Assembly: GCA_965113315.1 (NCBI GenBank) | Contig: OZ220364.1 | DNA length: 64,000 nt | Reading direction: 5' to 3' (one strand) | Source: Podarcis vaucheri | Lineage: Eukaryota | Shown here: positions 23,911-32,430 of the stretch, piece by piece | Numbering within the stretch: the first letter of the stretch is position 1 | Layout: each line of letters begins with the position of its first letter | The notes under the pieces: generated by a model | Database searches by the model: none | What the model saw: only the letters and a program-made list of their open reading frames with translations | Told to the model about the DNA's origin: nothing | Program-made: the position numbers and the translations under genes

Positions 23911-26857
23911 GTACGAGGTGATGCAGTTTTGCTGGCTGCAGCCAGAGCAGCGCCCCACTGCTGAGGAGGTGCACCTCCTGCTCTCGTACCTGTGCGCCAA
24001 GGGTGCGTCGGAGGCTGAGGAGGAGTTTGAGCGGCGCTGGAACTCCATGAAGCCTGGCGGCGGCGGCGGTGGAGGAGGCGGCTCGGGCTCGGGCTCCAGC
24101 CACGTGGGCGTTGAGCTCTCGTCCTTCCCCCTCCTGGAGCATTTCTCCAACGATGGCGACGACGTCCTGACCGTCATGGAGACGAGCCACGGCCTGAACT
24201 TTGAGTACAAGTGGGACCAAGGGAAGACTGAGCACCTGCCGGCCTCGGCCATGAGCCCTCGCGATGCCGCGCGTTACCACGAGCTCTACTACGCCGCCAG
24301 CGGCAGCAGCGGCGGAAGAGGGGACGGCAGGCACCTCAGCCTGGGGGTCTCACCCTCCTGCTACGAGTGCAAAGTGCAGGGCTGCCCTGGCCTGCACACG
24401 CCAGGTGTGGTGCCAGTGCTGAGCGCTCACAGCCCCTCCCTGAACAGCGAGTACTACATCCGCATCGAGGAGGCGGCTTCCGAGGGCAGCGGGACGGACC
24501 TTGACTACACCATGTGCTCCTACAGCCCGGAGTTTGGCCGCCCCTCCCACTGGCAAGCCAAAGAGGGCTGCTATGAGTCAAACAGCAGCCCCACCGTCTC
24601 GCTCACCATGGAGCCCCTGCTGGGGCATTCTGGTGCACATGGGGACAGCGGCCACTGGGAGCCCCCTGACTACTACTCCTATGGAGGGCAAGGGGACAAG
24701 GAGGCCTCGCCGTACTACGAGGCCTCCCTGAAAGACGGCCCTGAGGACTACCTGCTTGAGGAGCATGGGGCTTCCGAGTGGCCCGTGGCAGCTCCGCAGA
24801 AAAGCATATTTGCTGACCCGCTTGGTGTTTCACCCTCGGTGGGCTACGCCTACAAGGAGGAGGCCGCAGTGGCAGACTCGGTCACTCTGGAACTGGGAGA
24901 GGAGGAGGAGGAGGAGGAAGAGGAAGAGGAGGAGGAGAACTCGTGTGGCAGCCCTGGGAGCGGAGGGGATGAGAACAACGGGTCCCCTTCCTCCAGCAAG
25001 AACTGGACGTCCAACACCTCCGCCAATAACAACAGCTGCCACCTGCTGCCGCCGTGTGAGCCACCTGCCAAAGACAGCTGGTGCTACCGCCACATGATCA
25101 CTTTCCAGGGGCTCATGGCAGAGCCGCTGTGTACTGTACTCCGTGACGGCCCCACGCTAGGCATTGAGGACTTGCGAGCGGCCCTTTTGGGCGAGGAGCG
25201 GGTGGCATCATCTCACACGGGCTCCCCCTGCCCGGACACCGACTTGCCTTCAGAGGAACGAGCGTCAGCCGAGGTTGCCAGCGTAGAGATCGGCGCAGGC
25301 GATGCCACGAATCCCTTGGCTGAGAGCGGGGTGGAGTGCCTCCTAGCTGCCACCACTCCACCACCACCAGGGGACACGGATTCAGTGGCGTCAACGCTGG
25401 AACCTGTCAACAACACGGATGCCACCATGCCAGAGGAGGAGGCACTAGGAACTGGGGAAGATCCCGTCGTGGTGGAAGAGGCCTCGGCCGAATGCTCACC
25501 CAAGGTGCCGCGAGAGATCAACGTGGACAGTGGCAAGAACACTACGACCAGTGAGCAGGACAGGACACCAGACAAGACAGTTTCCAGCGCCAGCTTCCCT
25601 GACTTGGATGAGGCCAGTGACGAGGACACGGCTGAGCTCACATCCGGGGTCTTCACTGACTTCCCAGTTGATTGTACCGAGCGGCAGGACGTCATCGTCA
25701 CCCTCAAGTCCTTGCAGAAGCAGGTGGAGACCCCTGACTCGCTGGACATCCCCTCCACCACCAGCTCCTGCGAGGCGTTCAGCCCCACAGCCTACGTGCC
25801 CTCGAGCCAGCCTAAAGCCTTAGACAGCGGCTACGACACCGAGAACTACGAGTCGCCTGAATTTGTCCTGAAGGAGCCTCACGAGCCACGGGAGCCCGAG
25901 GCCTTCACCCAGCTAGAAAAGGCACCGGATGGCCCTGAGGGCCCGGCCAAAGAGCTGAGCCTCTCCAACTCCTTCAGCGCTGAGCTGCAGGCCTTAGACG
26001 AGAAGAACCCTTACCGTGACTCGGCCTACTTCTCCGACTACGATACCGAAGGGGGGACTCGGGAGGACGGGGAAGGGGACAGTGATGGTTCTGAGGGGCA
26101 CGAGCCAGAGCTCCCCCAGGCGGACGTTGGAGAGTTGGGGAAGGACCCCGCCCAAAATAGCTCAGGCGAGTCTCGGCCTACCTTGCTTGAGCCCATTTGC
26201 CCACAGGAAGATGGCATGGGGTGTACCTTTCCTCCAGCGACTAGTGGCCAGGGCATGGGGACAAGCATGTCACAAGAGCTGGTAGTGAATGGAGTCACTG
26301 TTGCTGAGCTGGACTCATCCAGAGGCAAGAGCGACGAGGCTGTTGCCCTGCCCCAGGTGCCACCCCCCGCCACCAGGTCCTTTTTCTTGTCTCCTGTGGT
26401 TGCGAGTCCGGATGTGCCGAATGGGGCTTGTGAGGGAGATGCGGGGACGGGGAGCAATGCAGTGGCAAGGGCAGCAGAGGAATCCGGGGAAGGGCAGGAA
26501 CGATGCTGCCCTGGCGAGCAGCCCCAGAGCAGCCCTGGGCTCTCTCTGGACCTTTCGTTGGTGCCCTCTCGGCATCCGTCTGTCCCTGCCGAGCTTGAGG
26601 AAGAGGAGGACGACACGGAGGACAGCGATGAGTCGGACGAGGAGCTGCGGTGCTACAACATCCAGGACCAGAGCGAGGAGAGCGAGGAGGAGCTGCCGGC
26701 TGTGCCCATTGTGGTGGCCGAGAGCCACAGCGCCCGCAACCTGCGCAGCCTGCTCAAGATGCCCAGCCTGCTGGTGGAGACCTTCTGCGATGACCTCGAA
26801 CGCAAGAAGAAAGCCGTCTCCTTCATCGAAGATGTCACCGTCTACCTCTTTGACCAG
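23911..26857 (+). CDS. AATK: AATK exon 11 (end of kinase domain and long disordered tail)
   Basis: gcgcag|GTAC...GACCAG|gtgag, 2947 nt, inside the 1018-aa ORF. YEVMQFCWLQPEQRP...DSGYDTENYESPEF...NPYRDSAYFSD...RSLLK...RKKKAVSFIEDVTVYLFDQ. Confidence 0.97.
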
Positions 26858-27402
26858 GTGAGTTGTTTTCTGGTGGCCTGGAGTTGACAGCCGGAAGAGG
26901 CCCTCAAGTATGCTTTAGCATACTCACGAATCGAAAGCCGTGTGCCTCTTTCGTAGGAAACACACATGTTTTGTGCATTCTGCAATTTCCATTCTGCAAG
27001 CAACAGAAACACCTCACAGCTATAAGCATCTGCTGATCTCTTAACTGAGTATATTTTTCACCGTTTGTTTTGAAAGGTGCTGGTTACCAACATCCCCTAA
27101 TCTTGATAGTAGTCTTGCAAGTCCGGACAAAGAAACCTTCATCCTAAGCCTCAGATCTTAATTTGAACATGATTCTCAATTGTTGTTTTAAAAAAACCAG
27201 TTACATTAATATGGGAGTGACCCAAACTTTTTGCAAAGCCTAGGTTTGAGAGCGGGGGACGGGGGGTGTTAATTATGGCAGCCACCATAATTATGGAGCA
27301 AATAAGGCTAGGAGGGTGTTTATTCCCTAGAGGGCAACCTGGATCCCAGAGTTGCTCCTAAGAGGCAACGAGATAATTATGCCCATTTGTATCTTCGCAC
27401 AG

Positions 27403-27559
27403 GAAAGCCCCACGAAGGAACTGGCAGAGCATCCTTTCCCGGGAGTAACAGAACCTCCTGTGGCGCCACCTGTGCATAAGGACAGCAACGGTTCCCCAAG
27501 CCCAGCAGAGAGAACAGATGCCCCCAGCAGTTCCTCGGAAGGGAACACCTCTGAAGAGA
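27403..27559 (+). CDS. AATK: AATK exon 12
   Basis: gcacag|GAA...GAGA|gtaag, 157 nt. ESPTKELAEHPFPG...SEGNTSEE. Confidence 0.92.
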
Positions 27560-27886
27560 GTAAGGGTACGAAACCAGAAGGGAACTGAGCAGGGCTCGGG
27601 GGGGGGGCCCTGATGTTTCTCCATCACAACACCTGCACAGGCTGATTTTCTGAGCTCAACCCATCTAGGTTTGCTTTTGGGTGCAATATTTTTGCACCGC
27701 TTCACTATGCAACGGAGTTGGGGCACCCTCCAGATGTTGTCAACTCCCAGCAGCCATTATAGCCTTTGGGTTGGGTCAGACCTGGGGATGATGGGAGCTG
27801 TAGTCGATGACAACTGGAAGGCCACGTGTCACTTGATTGGACAGATTATGGGCTGCGGATTCCAGCCTCTGTGCATTGCTCCAAGC

Positions 27887-28018
27887 CAGCGGTTCTCAAC
27901 CTGTGGGTCCCCAGATGTTGGACTACAACTCCCATCATCCCTGAGCTCTGGCCTTGCTACCTAGGGGAGATGGGAGTTGTAGTTCAACATCTGGGGACCC
28001 ACAAGTTGAGAAAGGCTG
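27887..28018. mobile_element. Palindromic hAT MITE with SPIN-like ends
   Basis: Begins CAGCGGTTCTCAACCTGTGGGTC. Perfect 8-bp TSD CTCCAAGC. Confidence 0.88.
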
Positions 28019-28239
28019 CTCCAAGCAGCAGCTTATGTAAAGCAACCTGCATTTGGCCACTAGAGGGGGATGGAAATTGGTCCTGCACAGCAAGACCTTT
28101 TGGACTAGTAGGAACTTGGCGATGCAGCAATTGGACAGGAGGCTAACAGGGAGCAGCAGAGGACAATTGGCCAAGCGGGGGTGGGATGGGATTTTGGGCC
28201 CAGCTCCTTACCCTTCCACTGTGTGTCTTCCCTCTTCAG

Positions 28240-28473
28240 GTGGTGGTTTTGAGTGGGAAGATGACTTCCCCCTCATGGCAGTGAAAGCATCCGTCATGCC
28301 ATCGTTGACGTCGGTGGCACCTGAGCCTGCCCTCCCCGGACTGCCACCCACACTAGTGCCAGCTCAGAAGCAGGTGCTGCCCATCCAGTTTTCACGCTTC
28401 ACAGTCTCACCTGCCCCCGTGTCGAGGTTCTCCATCACACACGTCACTGACTCGGACACCGGTTCTGTAGGAG
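28240..28473 (+). CDS. AATK: AATK exon 13
   Basis: cttcag|GT...GGAG|gtaag, 234 nt. (S)GGFEWEDDFPLM...QFSRFTVSPAPVSRFSITHVTDSDTGSVG. Confidence 0.93.
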
Positions 28474-29797
28474 GTAAGGGGCATTCAGGTAGCAGAAGAA
28501 GGGGTGAGCCCAGAAGTCTCAAGAATGTCGCTCTTTTATGTCCCTGGGTCTGGAGGAAATGTCTGTCAAGCCACATGGCCTGGCCTAGATGTCACATGAT
28601 CAACACCAGGAAATTGAGGAATAGTTAAATATTGAATAGGAAATGGGGGACAGTCCTGATTTCCGTGGGAATGCTGTTGAGTGATTTTATTGATGGCACT
28701 TAATTGGACCACCAGTTCATAAGAATTAATTCTACCAAGGCCATGTTTATGTGAAATAATTTCAGTATACCAAATGCACTAAAAAAAAACCACCCCACAT
28801 TTTGTAATGTACACAGCAATTGAATAAGTGGAAACAACAGGGATATGGATCTGTTTTTAAGAGAGATCCTTTCTAAGAACCTTTTGTTCACATGGGCCTT
28901 AGAGGCCCTTGCTCCCACTTCTGAGGTGCGAAAAAGAGTGTGATTGCTCGCTTTGTAGGAAGTAGGGCCAGGAAGATATTCCCCTACTTCACTGAATTGA
29001 TCCATGGTTGTTGGGATGGCCATTGTGTGTTCCTGTTCTCAAAATATAACTGAATGGGGGAAGACCTAAGACACTCCAGAATGAATAGCTCCTATGGAAG
29101 CATCTAAGGATGTTTGCCTATGTTTATTTGGGCACAGCCCATTCTGTTAAACCCACTGGGATCATGATCAGGTGCACCATCAATGATAGGCAAGTGAAGG
29201 AACTACAGGCAAATTATGGACTCCTCTCTGGATTACAAGCTCTGGCCAGCGAGGGTCAGGTTGCAAAGCATAATCTGGGTTGGGTTCTGCAGTGGTGATT
29301 GGCGCCCATTGGGAGTGGTAGGGAGGACGGCAGGGAGGCCAACAGTAGGGGGAGCCAGAGCCAATGACAGCAGCCTGGACTGGTGGTAAATAGCAAGGTA
29401 GGGAGATGTGGTTCGGCTGAGGGCAAAGCCCCATTCATCTACCTTCGCTGAGTGCCTGAGGCGGAATTTTTTGAATGGGGCTTCTGTGTCCAAAGCAACA
29501 TAAGATGCAAGCCTGCTTACATTCTGTTCTATGTTGGGGAACCTTAATTTTATTCGTCTTTTAAAAAACACAGAAAAATCATTGTAGAGTGGGTTGAGGG
29601 GCTGGTGGCATGAACTGTAAAATTGGCTTAAGTCATGGGGGCTGGGCTGGGAATTTGTCTCTCCTTTGGTTGCATTTGATGCAGTAAGAATGGATTCTGC
29701 AACTTGGAAAGCTATGCAGAGGAGAGGAGGCGTACAAGGCCTCTTTTAAGGTTGTGACGCCCCATTACTAACTCTGCCTTTTCCCCCTTTTTTTTAG

Positions 29798-29829
29798 GAA
29801 GCAGTGAAAACAGAGGCGACAGAGAATGA
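29798..29829 (+). CDS. AATK: AATK terminal coding exon 14
   Basis: Consensus branch point TACTAAC at 29766-29772, long pyrimidine tract, tttag|GA AGC AGT GAA AAC AGA GGC GAC AGA GAA TGA = (G)SSENRGDRE*. Phase matches exon 13. Confidence 0.8.
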
Positions 29830-30834
29830 GCTTAGCCATGGGCTTGATTTTGGACTTGCCCCTTACAGCATCGGTTTCTGCATCGGGGCTAAGGAGTAAG
29901 CATGGAGGCCCAGAACTTGGGTGGAGCAGAGAACTCCATGGTGGTGGTGATGGGGCTCACTCTTCCTATATATATATTTTTCTTTTTTAAGAGGCGGATT
30001 TTATTGGACAGTTCTTGACTGCTGCTAGGCTGGAGATGCCCCACGGCGTGACGATTTTGTGACAAGCGTGTGGATGTGAGGGTGTGTGTGTGTGTGTGAG
30101 GGTGTGTATATGTACAGATAGACATATAGACCTATAGAACCTATAGCATTTAAAGGGTAGAGCTGTGACCTCGCTAACATCGCTGCCCCCTCCACCCAAG
30201 CCATTTTGATACCCCCCTCCTCCCTCTCCAGCTCATGCCTCTTGGATGTTTCAACCCACATTGGCTTCCCAAATTGGGGCACTGCCTTGAGATCACCACC
30301 ACCTTTTCTTCCTCCTGCCTGTTCTTGTAAGCTTCTCATGTGTGCTTTCCAAGCCCAGCACGGATAGAGAGCGGAAGCGAGAGCACATAGCCTTGCACCG
30401 TGTCATTCAGACATGCTTAAATTTGGCCCTTGAAAGCTGAGTACTCCTTCCTTCCTTCTCTCCCTTCCTTGTGACTGCAAGTCCCTTCTTGCCCCCCTCC
30501 CTCTACACCTGGCTGTGTCGGGTGTAGCCTGCTGTTCGGCTGCGCATCAAATAAGGGGAGAGGCAAGAGAATGGATGGTAGGCAAACTCAAGTGGCACGT
30601 AGGGGAGCTAGATGAGGTTAAGGTGGCAATTTCATTTGTGGGACGGGCTCAGTAGCCTTCTTCCCTTTCCACAGTGCTGGCCCCTCCTTTCCCCACATAT
30701 AGATTCTGCAACTACTGCTGGCCCCTTTACCATCTGCTCAGCTGCACCACCACTGGAGCACTTAGTGGTACAGGAGCTGTGCCTTAATGACCTTTGGTGC
30801 ATCCTTTCTCCAACCTTGCCTTGGGGAAAGCAGC

Positions 30835-30892
30835 CTCCCTGCCTGTTAGGAAGTCTCCCTGCCTGTTAGGAAGTCTCCTTGCCTGTTAGGAA
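30835..30892 (+). repeat. 20-bp tandem repeat, about 3 copies
   Basis: CTCCCTGCCTGTTAGGAAGT x2 plus CTCCTTGCCTGTTAGGAA. Confidence 0.9.
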
Positions 30893-31809
30893 ATGGCTGC
30901 CTAAGCAGGAAAGAAAGGGGATGTGCAGGAAATGCAAGGTTAACTTAAAAAACAAAACAAAACCCTCTAAGCAGGGGGGAATTTTGTGGTGCAGATGCTC
31001 ACCTCTCTTCCCTGCCCCCCAACACACCCACTGTAGAACCTTCCTATTTTCCCTGCCACAGTATTGTTTAGGTGGAGCTTTTCTGGGGTGCCAAGCTGTG
31101 TCCCGTCAGCAAGTGGGTAGGCTGGGTTTGTGTCAAAATGCCAAACTTGGTCATGTGGGGAGAGACTCCAACTTCCCTTCGCAACTCCTAGAGGAACTTA
31201 ACATACAGGAGGAGACTCCTGACGAGATGTGTAGCAAAAGCAGGTCAAACGGCTACCGGGACTATTTTTGTAAAAAAAAAATAACCTACGCTATATCACC
31301 TGCCCTAACAGAGCGGCAGATTTAAGTTATTGTTGCCAAAGAGATGTAAAGAGTTAACTTTTATCAAGGTTTCTTGGGGATGGGGTGGGGGAAAGGATTG
31401 GAAGGAGGGAACTGGGGGAGGGGGGAAGCGCATCATGGTTGCTTTCTTTTGTTTTTGGTTTAAATCTTTTATCAGTTTAAACTTTAGGATAATTGTGCAA
31501 TTTGGATTTGGGGGGAGGGGAAGGAAAAGTAATGAGGGGGTCTACACTCGGGGGTTGTGGCCTTTTGGGGCTATAGACCAAACACAGATACTGGAAATCA
31601 AGGGTGCAGGTATCAGCTGCTAACAACCGTATTTGTGGACCATTTCCAAACAGGGGCTAGAGGACAACCATGGCCACAGGAGCCCAAGACAGCAGCAAAA
31701 CATTCTTTTCTTAAGAGGCCTTTTTGTTCTTTCACGTCTCTGATGTTTCTCTTGACATCAGAGCCGATGACTCTTCTCTTCTTTTTAGTTCCGCAAGGGG
31801 CATAATGCA

Positions 31810-32280
31810 CTTCTAAGAGCAGAAGGAGAGCACTTGCGGGTTCAGGCAGTGGCCCTTTCTATTCCAACATCCTGTTCTCACAGTGGCCATGCTAGATGCT
31901 GGTGGCCATGCTAGATGCTGGTGGGAAACCTATAGGGCAGGGCATGAATACAGCAGTACTCTCCTCACTTGGGATTCCCCACTGCGTCTGATGGTGGAGT
32001 CAGGGCATAGCCATGGTGGCAAGTAGCCACCGATAACCCTGACCTCCATGAATTTATCTCATCTTCTTTTAAAGCCACCCAGATTTGTGGCTGTCACTGC
32101 CTCTTGTGGGAGGAAGTGCCATAGTCTTGAACACTGCTGTGTGACGTAGTGCTTCTTTTTGTCTGTTCCGAATCTTGCAAAATTCAGCTTCGTTTTCGAA
32201 TTCTAGTATTATCAGAGGGTAATACTACTCTCCCCATCTGCTTTCTTCACACCATGCATAATTTTGTGTACCTCTTCTAT
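31810..32280 (-). mobile_element. Decayed CR1-like LINE 3' fragment downstream of the AATK stop
   Basis: Motifs I recognise from reverse-oriented reptile CR1 ends (CCAACATCCTGTTCTCACAGTGGCC; CTCCATGAATTTATCT...TTTTAAAGCCA; GTGTGACGTAGTGCTTCTTTTGTCTG). Boundaries approximate. Confidence 0.55.
31883..31924 (+). repeat. 19-bp tandem duplication
   Basis: GTGGCCATGCTAGATGCTG x2 plus GTGG. Confidence 0.9.
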
Positions 32281-32290
32281 TATATATCCT

Positions 32291-32430
32291 AGAATTGTAG
32301 AGTTGGAAGGGACCTTCGGGGTCATCTAGTCTAAGCCCTCGCAATGCAGGAATATGCAGCTGCCCCATACAGGGATCGAACCTGCGACCTTGGCATTATC
32401 ACCACCATGCTGTAACCAGCTGAGCTACCC
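32291..32430 (-). mobile_element. tRNA-Ile-like-headed SINE with the same CR1-like tail
   Basis: Minus strand: TAGCTCAGCTGGTTACAGCATGGTGGTGATAATGCCAAGGTCGCAGGTTCGATCCCTGTA, then ATTCCTGCATTGC...ACTAGATGACC...CCCTTCCAACTCTACAATTCT. Confidence 0.7.

Larger units (their letters stand above)
6212..29829 (+). other. AATK: AATK (LMTK1/AATYK1) gene span, coding exons 2-14; exon 1 lies outside the window
   Basis: 13 phase-compatible GT-AG exons encode a TM segment, an LMTK-type kinase domain (GHGWFG, VVVK, HSDLALRN, KIGDYG, WVAPE) and a long acidic C-terminal tail. The intronic miR-338 and the neighbouring BAIAP2 fit known AATK synteny. Confidence 0.97.

Noticed and set aside
23744-26838. Antisense and alternate-frame ORFs of up to about 196 aa over exon 11
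   Set aside because: Expected shadows of GC-rich, low-complexity coding sequence, with no recognisable domain.
23831-26887. 1018-aa ORF as a stand-alone intronless gene
   Set aside because: It is AATK exon 11 (23911-26857) plus intronic read-through at both ends; splice sites and phases link it to the flanking exons.
29827-29835. Stop-codon read-through at the AATK or BAIAP2 TGA stops
   Set aside because: Contexts are TGA-GCT, TGA-GAG and TGA-TCT, not the TGA-CTAG read-through motif.
30835-31924. Short direct repeats as a CRISPR-like array
   Set aside because: Head-to-tail tandem units with no spacers, in eukaryotic DNA with no cas genes.
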